A DNA stretch of 63,767 nucleotides, counting the filler, from Octopus bimaculoides (taxonomy: Eukaryota): the NCBI RefSeq assembly GCF_001194135.2. It is 8 parts of 8 records of this genome, joined end to end, with 100 filler letters (N's around TTAATTAATTAA, not from the genome) between each part and the next. Parts side by side here need not be neighbours in the genome. Positions count along the whole stretch, not along the records: positions 18,340 to 44,416 come from NC_068982.1; 7 more parts are not named here. One strand, written 5' to 3'. The notes beneath the pieces were generated by a model. It was not told the DNA's origin. It searched no databases and saw only the letters and a program-made list of their open reading frames with translations. Made by a program: the position numbers and the translations under genes. This document shows, piece after piece, positions 27,461-38,508 of this stretch; position 1 is the first letter of the stretch; every line of letters starts with the position of its first letter.

Positions 27461-28672
27461 CGAGGGTGGGCTGAAAAGTTCATAGGTTGACTATAAAAGG
27501 AGTGTGATGCTAGAGCTGTGAAATCTTGTAAGCATTAATTTCAACCCTTCTTATTAATAAACTGTTTTGGTTTCTGTCCCAGTAAACTAACATCTTACTA
27601 TTCAAAGACTTCAGAAGTAACTAGTTGCGACTTCTCTTGAAAATGGACAAAATTTGGCATCGTGGTGTTATCAGGTACCTATGGAAAAAGGGTTTAGCCC
27701 CCAAGGACATTGATACTGATATAGCTGTTACATTAGAGGATGACGCGCCAGCTTTATCAACAGTGCAAAAGTGGGTAACTGAATGTAGGTATGGAACGGA
27801 GAGTATTGAAGATGATCCAAGATCTGGACATCCTGCAACTGCCATCAGCAAAGCAAATGTTGATCGTGTTCACCACATGCTGATGGATGGCAAGCGATTG
27901 ACTATAAATAAAATAACGATTACTATTAGCATATTGCGTAAGAGAGTTGTCTTCAGGCACCTGATCAAAAGCGCACTAAAGTGATCACATCGGAGGAAAA
28001 TCTGACATGGTTTAAAGCAGATTCAGCTGGTTTCCTTCGACGTTTTCTAAGCTAGGATGAGTTTCGGGCTCATAACTTTGAGCCTGGGACAAAGAGGTAA
28101 TCCATGAGTGGAAACACGCCTCCTCAACTGTTCCAGGGAAGGCCAACGTCGTTTCATCTGCACGAAAGACGATGGCCTCAGGTTTTGGGAAGCAAAGGGC
28201 ATTAGGCATTGTGTTTCAAAAATACCACACAATCAACGGAGAGTACTATGCCAACTTGCTAAGGTAGATACGAAAGGCTATTAAGACCAAAAGCCCATGG
28301 AAACTGACAAAAGACATTTGTTTCATCAGGAAAAGTCTCCAGTACACATGTCCTTGTCTTCAATGGCTGCTGTGTGTGACTGTGGCTTTGAACTAGTTGA
28401 TCAGCCTCCTTATTCTTCTGACTTAGCTCCATCTGACTATCATCTGTTCCTTAAAATGAAAAAAACACTTGACTAGGAACCAGTATCGCAATGACAATGA
28501 TGAGATTTTTGACCAACACGTTAAAAGCTTCTTCACCAAAGGATCCAAGGACTGCATCACCGATGGAAGACGTGTATGGACCACAAGGGGAACTATGTTG
28601 AGAAATTTATCTCATTAGTCACATTCCATGAGAGTATCTTTGTCAGCCTATGAACTCTTCAGCCGACCCTCG
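27461..28672 (+). mobile_element. Mariner (DD34D-type) transposon, both ends intact, transposase pseudogenised
   Basis: TA-flanked TIRs CGAGGGTGGGCTGAAAAGTTCATAGGTTGAC / GTCAGCCTATGAACTCTTCAGCCGACCCTCG; MDKIWHRGVIRYL..., EDDPRSGHP, YSSDLAPSDYHLF; frameshifts and stops. Confidence 0.95.
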
Positions 28673-29049
28673 TATACTCTCTTAGCTTAGTCAGTAAGTA
28701 ACTAGGAAATGAAATACAAATAAAGTGAATTTACTAACAATCTGTTCTTTTATCAATTCATCAGGACTTTGAAAGCATCTACAATGTGAGCGAAAGAAGG
28801 TTGTGTGTGTGGCAGAAATAGCAGACCGGTGGACAAAATGTCACGTGGTGTTTAGCCGAATTTTCCAATCATCATTCCGTTGTCAATAATAAAAAAAAAA
28901 CAGTAACAAGCTTCAATCCAAAAAGCTGAAATTCCTGAGAGTACATGAAACACTTATTTTTAGTCAGTATTATCAAGTAAAACAGTTGTTGTTTAGCTCC
29001 AGATCAACCCGACTCAATTAACAGTAAGAATATATGCAAGATGATTTTC

Positions 29050-29450
29050 TTCAACTGTTTGGGAGGTTTTGTCACTTAGGTAAACTAATTAGCAACGGCG
29101 GCAGGTGATCCGAAAGCATAGTAGTCAAAATAAGAACGGGATGGGAAAATTTCAAGAAGCTATTGCCTTTACTTGTAACAATGTTTCACTCTTAGAGTGA
29201 AGAGCAGATTGTATGATGCTCGCGTACGAGATGAAACGTTACGTGTTAGAGAGATGTAGGCTTTGAGTGTGAAAGATATGCGACGGCTAGAACGATATGA
29301 AGTAAGCAAACGCTGCTTGGTGTGTAATGTTAGTGTGAACGAACAACAGAGTACAAATAGGCTGCGAGAAAACTGCCTTGGTTCGAGCAAATGATGCACA
29401 TGGAGGATGTCAGAAATATCGAGCACAAGAAGTTTATGTGAACTGCAGAA
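29050..29450 (+). mobile_element. RTE-clade LINE relic (ORF C-terminal region)
   Basis: IRTGWENFKKLLPLL...FTLRVKSRLYDARVR...ALSVKDMRRLERYEVSKRCLVCNVSV, typical post-RT region of RTE elements. Confidence 0.72.
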
Positions 29451-30189
29451 CAGATTGTTCCAGGAAAATATGAAATGAAGTAATGAAACTTGATCTCAAG
29501 AAACTGAATGTCACAGAGATGACATTCAAGGCGACAAACATTATATTCCTGTTACGCATCTATTTACAATCTTCTTTAACCACTGTAGCCATGCTGCCTG
29601 CGTGATGAAAAGTGGTGTTTGATCGATTTCTATTCAGTTCCTACACTACCAGCCCTCTTATCACTATAGACTTCTATCACGACATCTGTGTAACGTGAAT
29701 TGGAATTTAATTTGCCCATTTTGATCAACCCCTTCGATTGCCTTTCTCTCCAGCTACCCAGAACTCTCTCTCTCTCTCCCTCTCCTTCTGTCTCTTTCAG
29801 TCTCTGTCCCTGTCTATCTGTCTCCCCCTCTCTCTCTCTTTCTCTTTCTCTCTCTCTCTCTCTCTCTCTGTCTTACCTTCATGTAACCTCACATGGACAT
29901 CTATCAATCTCATTTGCCATCGCCTATTTCTGAGCGCGCCATCCCCATCACTCGCTCTCTCTCTCTTGTTATCACCCTTGTTTGTTGTTGTACCATTGGG
30001 CCACTATATTTATTGCTATACCATCACGTTGCTTATTCTTTTATTCTATTCAATCCCCTTACCTATATGTTGCTATTATTGTCTCTCTCCCACTACTTCA
30101 ACCGCTCACATTTATGGATAATATTTCTCTCATTTCACTTTCCCATAAGGTCATTACTTTCTCTCTCTCTCTCACTCTCTATCTCTCTC

Positions 30190-30228
<39 letters not shown>

Positions 30229-32312
30229 GTCTGTCTATTTATTCCTTGCCTGTTACAAACCATCAACTATGAGGTAAAACTTAGAAATATTTTTTTTTTA
30301 AGAATGCTGGTTTAACCGAAAGTAAATTGATATATAAGAAATAAACTACAAAAATAATCTATTACAGAAAATCAGGAACATTAAATATCAAAATCCCAAA
30401 TTTCCTGACATATTGTCACAATTGACGAATCGTTCTTACAAACAGAACTACGTCTAACTGATCTTCTTTCATAAAAGCTATTGTCTTATTCAATTATTTT
30501 GAGTACAGAACAATAGTCAAATTAATATCTGCGAAAATATAATAATTAAAATTATTTAAAGCATTATATTACATTTTTAAATTTAGTCATATTCGGAGTC
30601 GATATATTTTTACCGACTTTGACTCCGAGAACCCACTAATTGCTTTCGGCTCTAACCTCTTATCACCGATTTGGATCCCACAGACCTGGAAAGAAACCAA
30701 GCCATAAATAGACTGCACGAGCGCAACATAGTCCATCGACTCGCCTCTGTGTGTGTGTGTNNNNNNNNNNNNNNNNNNNNNNNNNNNNNNNNNNNNNNNN
30801 NNNNNNNNNNNNNNNNNNNNNNNNNNNNNNNNNNNNNNNNNNNNNNNNNNNNNNNNNNNNNNNNNNNNNNNNNNNNNNNNNNNNNNNNNNNNNNNNNNNN
30901 NNNNNNNNNNNNNNNNNNNNNNNNNNNNNNNNNNNNNNNNNNNNNNNNNNNNNNNNNNNNNNNNNNNNNNNNNNNNNNNNNNNNNNNNNNNNNNNNNNNN
31001 NNNNNNNNNNNNNNNNNNNNNNNNNNNNNNNNNNNNNNNNNNNNNNNNNNNNNNNNNNNNNNNNNNNNNNNNNNNNNNNNNNNNNNNNNNNNNNNNNNNN
31101 NNNNNNNNNNNNNNNNNNNNNNNNNNNNNNNNNNNNNNNNNNNNNNNNNNNNNNNNNNNNNNNNNNNNNNNNNNNNNNNNNNNNNNNNNNNNNNNNNNNN
31201 NNNNNNNNNNNNNNNNNNNNNNNNNNNNNNNNNNNNNNNNNNNNNNNNNNNNNNNNNNNNNNNNNNNNNNNNNNNNNNNNNNNNNNNNNNNNNNNNNNNN
31301 NNNNNNNNNNNNNNNNNNNNNNNNNNNNNNNNNNNNNNNNNNNNNNNNNNNNNNNNNNNNNNNNNNNNNNNNNNNNNNNNNNNNNNNNNNNNNNNNNNNN
31401 NNNNNNNNNNNNNNNNNNNNNNNNNNNNNNNNNNNNNNNNNNNNNNNNNNNNNNNNNNNNNNNNNNNNNNNNNNNNNNNNNNNNNNNNNNNNNNNNNNNN
31501 NNNNNNNNNNNNNNNNNNNNTATATATATATACACAAATATACTTGTGTGTGTGTGTGTTGCGTGATGTGTAACATGAACTTATAGCTGACTGTATGTAA
31601 AGTCTCTTCTATGCTCTGATGTATATGTCTAGGCGTGTGAGTGTGTGTGTATGTGTGTATAAGGTATGCTTGTGTGAATGCATCTATGTACGCATGTGTG
31701 TGTAAATGCTTGTGTGCATGTATTTATGTATGTATGTATGTATGTGTTTGTGCATATCTCCATACAGGATTAGCTGCTTAAGAAATGGAAATATACATTA
31801 GACACGCATAGTGTACACTTATGTTTTCTTAGACGATATTGAAGCAACTATCGATATAAGAGGACTTGCAGGATATAAACTTGCTTTTTTTTTAACTGTT
31901 TCTTTATTTCTTCAAGTATATTCGATGGCAGTTGAATATAGTCTATAGCTGTTTTTGGTTATTTCTTCCGGAAGAATCCAAAAAAGACAAGCTACTTGAT
32001 ATTTCAACAGATCGGTGAAGTTGTTTTAGTTAACTTATAGTAATAGTTTCTTGTTGACACAGAAGTAGTTTAGCATTGAGGGACTGTAAGATTATTCTAT
32101 ACTTTCGCTTCAGTGCAGTGTGAGATAAAAGTTTTAATTATCCGTGTAGATACTAGGATATAGTTAATGACTACATTGGTTATTTTTGTTATTGTTTAAT
32201 CTCAGATCCTGGGTGAAGTCGATGCATTGATCTTTACCATCAGCATTTCTTTTTTCATTAATAGGCATTTAAAACCAACGCTATAACTTTTAATATCATA
32301 TGTAGCTCACAA

Positions 32313-32760
32313 GGAGGAGATTTGGCAGAATCGTTAGCGCGCTGGGCAAAATACTTAGCGGCATTTCGTCCGAGTTCAAATTCTGTCGTTCTGAGATCAA
32401 ATTCTGTCGAGGTTCACTTTGCCTGTCATCATTCAGGATCGATAAAATTAGTACCAGTCGAGGACTGGGGTCAGTGTAATCGACTTATCCACTTACTTGA
32501 AATTGCTGGCTCTGTGCCAAAATTTCTTATCAGTATCATACATAGCTCATAAGGCGGCGAGCTGGTAGAATCGGTAGCGTGCCGGGCAAAATGTTCAACT
32601 ATTTCATCCATCTGTACGTTCTGAGTTTAAATTCCGTCGAGGTCCACTTTCCTTTCATCCATTCGGGATTGATAAGATCAGTATAAGCTGAACATTGGGG
32701 TCGGTGTAATCAACTTACCCCCTCCCCTGAAACTGCGGGCCGTGTACATAAATTTCTAAC
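32313..32760 (+). mobile_element. Two tandem group A SINEs (tail type 2)
   Basis: Heads at about 32313 and 32553; each unit bounded by (A/G)TAT(C/T)ATAYRTAGCTC. Confidence 0.85.
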
Positions 32761-34215
32761 CAATATTATACGTAGCTCGAGAATAATAGCAATTTAATCA
32801 TTTATGGTAATATAGCAGTCTTTAGCAGCTATACATGGTAACCACATACTTACTGAATTAAATGAATAAATTAGAATCTAATTTGATAAAAGACTTGCAA
32901 CAATGCAACTGGGTACCATGACGTCTCAGTATTTAGCTTATAAAGAGCTGACTTATAATAAAAAGTGACTTTTAAACATAATTTAAAAACTTATAAATTA
33001 ACCACAATTTACATATATCCACATTGGTTCCTATAGATATCTTTCGATATACAATAATTTTTTGAGACAAGGAAACTATGAATATAGACCTGCATGGTTA
33101 GTTTCCCTTGGGATTTGATACGTTTGATCTTAAAATTGAATTTCTGCTGTTTTACTTAGAACTTGCATTGGCGCCGCAATTAGGTATCAACATCTCGTTC
33201 GTCATTAACATTACGAAGCTAAACGCAAACGAAAGTTGTGATATTAAACTGTTAAATCAGGAAGAAAGTTTTACAATCGATTTAGGCAACATTTGAAGCC
33301 TATTTTCAGCGTGGAACAATATTTCTTATGATGTATGATATATTAGCAGTCATTTATAGCCGGATTTCGGCTATTTCCAGTAGCTAACACTAAATGATCG
33401 ATGTTCACAAAAATATTAGTGCAGATTATTGCAACACAGCTTGTAAAAAGTCATGTTAATATAGCATAAGATGCTCTGTCTAAAAGGTTCACCATGATAT
33501 TATTGAACACGGCTAAAAACATTTCTTTATGCTACAAGGCACACCAATTTATTTTTAAAGAAGTGTTTTGATACATAAATAATATTTTATTTTATTTATG
33601 TATATCTTTTTATTTGAAAACAATATTCTCGTTGCACTCCAGAAATGTAACTTACAAAAGTTGTTCTTCCCTTTCACGTTATCTCAATCACTAGCAAACA
33701 TATACAAACGCATTACAGCCTTCACTCAGTAACACCCCACTTTTCATTTCCCATAACGTTACTCCATTTACTTAACAACACGCATCAACATACTATATTC
33801 CTGTCACTCCTCGACTACGCTTCTCCCTCGTCACTACGTTATACCCTTCACTCATTAACAAGACAGCATCTATAAAGTCGATCAACGCACTAAAAAGAGT
33901 AACTAAATCGACTCCAAATCACGCAACTGTTTAAAAAAAAACACCATATTAGAATACAAAAAGACAAGAGAATCAACGTCTCTTGTCTTTTGGTCGTTGA
34001 CAAGGTCACATCATTGATCAAAAAGTCTGCTCAGTCTGAGTTACCTGTAGGTTACTGTTATGTCTCAAGCTACTGCTATCTAGCACCTTCGGATGATCTC
34101 TACTCAACCGCTAAACAACTGCTACTCAACACACCTACCACGGCCAGACTACCTCTATTTATATGTCTTGGGAGATCCTACTTCTTCGCCTGGGGTCGTC
34201 GACACAACAGTTACA

Positions 34216-34301
34216 CAACAACAACAACAACAACAGCAACAACAACAACAACAGCAACAACAACAACAACAGCAACAACAGCAACAACAACAACAATAAC
34301 A
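34216..34301. repeat. (CAA/CAG)n microsatellite
   Basis: Explains the poly-Q, poly-T and poly-N ORFs. Confidence 0.95.
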
Positions 34302-34375
34302 AGTTTCGTACACAAATAAATCATAAGCACTTAATTATCACCACGTTGTCTTTTCTTTGTCGATGGAACGTTTAA

Positions 34376-34575
34376 GGTGGCGAGCTGGCAGAGTCGTTAG
34401 CACACTGGGCAAAATCTTGATTAGCATTTCGTTCGTCTTTACGTTTTGAGTTCAAATTTCACCGGGATCCATTTACTCTTTCATCCTTTCGGGGTCGATA
34501 AAATAAATACCAGTTAAGTACTGAGGTTGATGTGATCGACTTAACCCTTCCCCAGAAATTGCTGACTTTGTTCCA
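34376..34575 (+). mobile_element. SINE group A (tail type 2), about 460 bp upstream of the tubulin ATG
   Basis: GGTGGCGAGCTGGCAGAGTCGTTAGCAC head; CTTTCATCCTTTCGGGGTCGATAAA body. Confidence 0.88.
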
Positions 34576-34873
34576 TTTAGCTTACTGAACTTATATCACC
34601 TTCACCGAAACCAGTAGTATACAACCTTTACTTTAAAATAAACAGAAATTCTGTCCTCTAAATATTTATTATGCCTTATCAGTTGCTGAAATTTTGTTGA
34701 AGACTATTAATATTCATAGGTCGTTAGTAATGAACAATGACTAAATTAAAGTTGTAGGTGGACAATGCTTACGAATTGAAATGGAACTGGTTAAGATAAT
34801 TTTCTCACGCTGAAAGAAGGAAAAATAATGTCGCAAAAATTAGTGTAAAGGATTTTTTTTTTTGGTCTACCAT

Positions 34874-34881
34874 TGACGTCA
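34874..34881. promoter_or_regulatory. Palindromic CRE/ATF site TGACGTCA
   Basis: Exact consensus about 155 nt upstream of the beta-tubulin ATG; function not demonstrated. Confidence 0.35.
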
Positions 34882-34994
34882 TAATGACAACGTAAAACGT
34901 AAGAATTTTATTGGAAAATATTCTAACCATAATTTCTATCACTTCTCTCCAATTTTGTTGTCTCTAAAAATCCAGTCTAAAATAAGATACGGAT

Positions 34995-35029
34995 TTTTTC
35001 CTTTTTTTTTTTTTTCGAACCTTATACAG
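34995..35029 (+). promoter_or_regulatory. Candidate 3' splice site (polypyrimidine tract + CAG) of a 5'-UTR intron
   Basis: TTTTTTCCTTTTTTTTTTTTTTCGAACCTTATACAG|GAATAATATG. Confidence 0.55.
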
Positions 35030-35036
35030 GAATAAT

Positions 35037-36326
35037 ATGAGAGAAATTGTTCATATACAGATCGGACAATGTGGAAACCGCATTGGAGAGAGGTTCTGGG
35101 AATATATTTCGGACGAGCATGGAATTGATCCTCTAGGAAGGTTTAACGGAGATTCAGATCTTCAGATAGAAAGAATCAACGTTTATTTCAATGAGGCACG
35201 AATGGGGAAATACGTACCAAGGGCTATTTTAGTGGATTTAGAGCCTGCAGTATTAGATTCAATAAGAGGATCTCCTTTTGGACAATTATTTCGACCAGAT
35301 AATTTTGTTTTTGGTCAAGGTAGCGCATCAAATAATTGGGCCAAAGGATATTTTACTGAAGGCGCTGAGCTTTGTGATACTGTGTATGATATTGTACGAA
35401 AAGAAGCTGAAGGTTGTGATTGTATTCAAGGATTTCAACTGACTCATTCCATTGGTGGCGGCTCAGGCGGTGGTCTAGGAGCCTTATTAATGAGTAAAAT
35501 AAAAGAAGAATTTTCAGATCGTATTAATCTCAACTTCACTGTTATACCGTCACCGAAGGTCTCCGAAACTGTTGTAGAACCTTACAATGCTGTACTATCG
35601 ATAAACACGCTGGTGGATAATTCTAATGAAACAATGTGCTTTGACAACGAGGCACTTTTTAATATCTGCCATCGCACATTGAAACTGTCGCAACCTAGTT
35701 TAGAAGATCTAAATCACTTAATATCAACGACAATGTCTGGGATGACAACATGTTTTCGATTCCCAGGTCAATTAAACGCTGACCTTCGAAAGCTAGGAGT
35801 TAACATGATCCCATTTCCTCGTCTCCATTTCTTTATTCCGGGGTTCGCTCCTTTAACAGCACGCAGTATACAACCATATCGTGCAATGACAGTCCCAGAA
35901 TTGTCGCAACAAATGTTTGACGCCAAAAATATGATGGTTGCAGCTAACCCGCTAGACGGTCGATATCTATGTGCAGCTTGTATCTTCCGTGGAAGGTTAT
36001 CGATGAAGGAAGTAGATGAGCAGATGTTTAACATTCAAAATAAGAACAGTACATACTTTGTTGAGTGGATTCCGGATAACGTTAAAACTGCTGTGTGTGA
36101 CATACCGCCACGAGGACTTAAGATGTCAGCAACCTTTATTGGTAACTCTACAAGTATTCAAGCCCTTTTTAAGAGAATCATGGAGCAATATGATACAATG
36201 TTACGAAGACGCGCATTCTTGCATTGGTATACTGGAGAAGGAATGGAAGAAATGGAATTCACTGAAGCTGGATCCAATTTGGCTGATCTGATTTCAGAAT
36301 ACCAGCATTATGAGACAGTTCACTAA
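35037..36326 (+). CDS. Divergent intronless beta-tubulin lacking the acidic C-terminal tail (429 aa)
   Basis: Uninterrupted ORF; MREI start, [49 protein letters not shown]; colinear with canonical beta-tubulin numbering; ends EYQHYETVH*. Family certain, orthologue not assignable. Confidence 0.96.
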   Translation: MREIVHIQIGQCGNRIGERFWEYISDEHGIDPLGRFNGDSDLQIERINVYFNEARMGKYVPRAILVDLEPAVLDSIRGSPFGQLFRPDNFVFGQGSASNNWAKGYFTEGAELCDTVYDIVRKEAEGCDCIQGFQLTHSIGGGSGGGLGALLMSKIKEEFSDRINLNFTVIPSPKVSETVVEPYNAVLSINTLVDNSNETMCFDNEALFNICHRTLKLSQPSLEDLNHLISTTMSGMTTCFRFPGQLNADLRKLGVNMIPFPRLHFFIPGFAPLTARSIQPYRAMTVPELSQQMFDAKNMMVAANPLDGRYLCAACIFRGRLSMKEVDEQMFNIQNKNSTYFVEWIPDNVKTAVCDIPPRGLKMSATFIGNSTSIQALFKRIMEQYDTMLRRRAFLHWYTGEGMEEMEFTEAGSNLADLISEYQHYETVH

Positions 36327-37249
36327 ACTGTACATCCACTGAGAGATTTATCAGACAGAATTTTGTAAATATTGTTGAAAAGAAGGATCTGATGTTAAAT
36401 GGAACGGGCCAGAAAACATGGAGGTTCCTTTGTGTCAGATATTTATTGTGATAAAACCTGATAAATCCTATTAGCTCTCTTCGATAGTTATTCCATTTAT
36501 CGCACTACAGAAATTAGCTAAATATCTTATCAGAGAACTTATTTATTAACATGAGTTTATATTATAATCTCTTTCTCTTTTTTCTTCTCTCCCTCCCTTT
36601 CTCCCTCTCTCTTTCTCTCTCCATAATATATTTCCTCTGCTGGATAAGATATTCATATCTTCATGTTAAACCACCCAACAATTTCTCCCCTTTGTGCTGA
36701 CTACTAAGAGTTTCATGTAGAATGAAATGCTCTTGTTAATTCGTACTCCATAACTCAGGTTCCATTCCTTCTTAAATTACTTCAAAGAAATAGTAATCAA
36801 TGTCCCTAATTTCTTTTCTTCATTCTCTGTCATTCCTGATATTAAATCCAACGTGGACTGGTGAGAGGAAAATATTCTGGTGTATTCTCAAAGAGAAACA
36901 GTGACAGTATCATGATGAGCTGTAGCCAGAAGAGTTTATGTATTTTCAGAGGCAAAGTATAAATGAGTCAAGGAAAGTCAATAAGAGCAAGGAAAGATAG
37001 AACGATACGATGGACCAGCGTCTCGTCCATAAGGGGAATATATGCACCATGGAAACCGGGAAACCGGCTCTTTCAGTCTATGACTCGAGAAGGAACATTA
37101 CTACTTAACTAAAAGCACACGGTGTTAAGTTTACCTCATATCTATATTTATTCTAAACGTGTGAACATATTTTATATACGTGGTATAATACACAAAAACA
37201 TGTACAAAGCCACCAGACAACCGGAAACAAAAGACAATGAGAAAGATAG

Positions 37250-38400
37250 ATACCGTCCTAAATCCCATTTCGGTCACGGAAGCAAATGCAAGCCCGCATC
37301 AGGAAACCTCCACACCCAAACATTAGACCCAACAAGTCCTTGGTACCGTGGAGCCACTAGAAGTTCCTGTCTCCAATGATTGTTGTTGTTGGCACTCCGT
37401 CGCTTACGACGTCGAGTGTTCCAGTTGATCTGATCAACGGAACAGCCTGCTCGTGAAATTAACGTGCAAGTGGCTGAGCACTCCACAGACACGTGTACCC
37501 TTAACGTAATTCTCGGGGATATTCAGCATGACACAATGTGACAAGGCTGACCCTTTGAATTACAGGCACAACAGAAACAGGAAGTAAGAGTGAGAGAAAG
37601 TTGTGGTGAAAGAGTACAGCAGGGTTCGCCAGCATCCCGTGCTGGAGCCTCGTGGAGCTTTTAGGTGTTTTCGCTCAATAAACACTCACAACGCCCGGTC
37701 TGGGAATCGAAACCGCGATCTTATGACCGCGATCCTATGACCGCGATCCTATGACCGCGAGTCTGCTGCCCTAACCACTGGGTCATTGCGCTGTCTCCGA
37801 TGATACCCCAGATATAACAGTCGGGGATGATTGCGTCAGGACCGTGAGGACCAACATGATGCTGGCGCCACATGATCACAAGGCATTTCTGGATCTTGTA
37901 GGCCAGGAACTATCTGCTCCTCACCAAGGAGAACTTGTACCTGATGTGTTTGTGTAAAACGTCTGGTAGCAGTCTTCACCACCTTGAGCTGTTCTGTGAT
38001 GACCCCCATCGATACGTTGCAGTTGTCATTGAGGTTCTGGACTTGCTATGCGGACTCTATCATGCTGAAAGCGTCTGACTTTTGAGAATGTTTCATGCTC
38101 TTGACCACGGATAACACATCTTTGACAGAATATTCCAGCTCTTTCCCAATCCGGAACACAAAGGGCTTGGCCCCTTTCAAGAAGCTGACAAAATCTAAGT
38201 GACTTTGGTGAGCAGCTAGAGAGACACCAAAAATGGCGTGCGACTTCATTTCCAGTAGATTGGAATTTTTTACGTTGATGTCTATCGATAAGCTTAAAAG
38301 AGTAATGCCAAAGTTAAAATTTGGCGGATGATGCGTAAGTTCGGCACTTTTCCATTGATGACCTGCGGAATCTTGCTCACAAATACTTAGCGCATTCTTT
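37250..38400 (-). mobile_element. Degraded coding-like relic, tentatively a non-LTR retrotransposon ORF1, interrupted by a B2 SINE
   Basis: Stop- and frameshift-broken frame ...KELEYSVKDVLSVVKS...MGVITEQLKVVKTATRR...YKIQKCLVIMWRQHHVGPHG..IIPDCYIWG; GC higher than flanks; family assignment is weak. Confidence 0.35.
37392..37790 (-). mobile_element. SINE group B2 with 14-bp TSD
   Basis: CTGTCTCC(A/G)ATGAT at 37367-37380 and 37791-37804; (TTG)n tail. Confidence 0.92.
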
Positions 38401-38461
38401 CTAGCCCCATCTCCCTGTCTCTTTCTATTTCTGTCTCTCTATCTCTGTTTCTGACTGTCTG

Positions 38462-38508
<47 letters not shown>

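Noticed and set aside
35768-36291. Overlapping ORFs 35768-36034 (-) and 36016-36291 (+)
   Set aside because: Shadow frames of the tubulin CDS with no recognisable motif.
36324-36480. Hidden acidic tubulin tail via read-through or frameshift; T-V-H encoded on both sides of the stop
   Set aside because: Read-through gives TVHPLRDLSDRIL* and the other frames are not Glu-rich. The TVH echo is too short to distinguish from chance.
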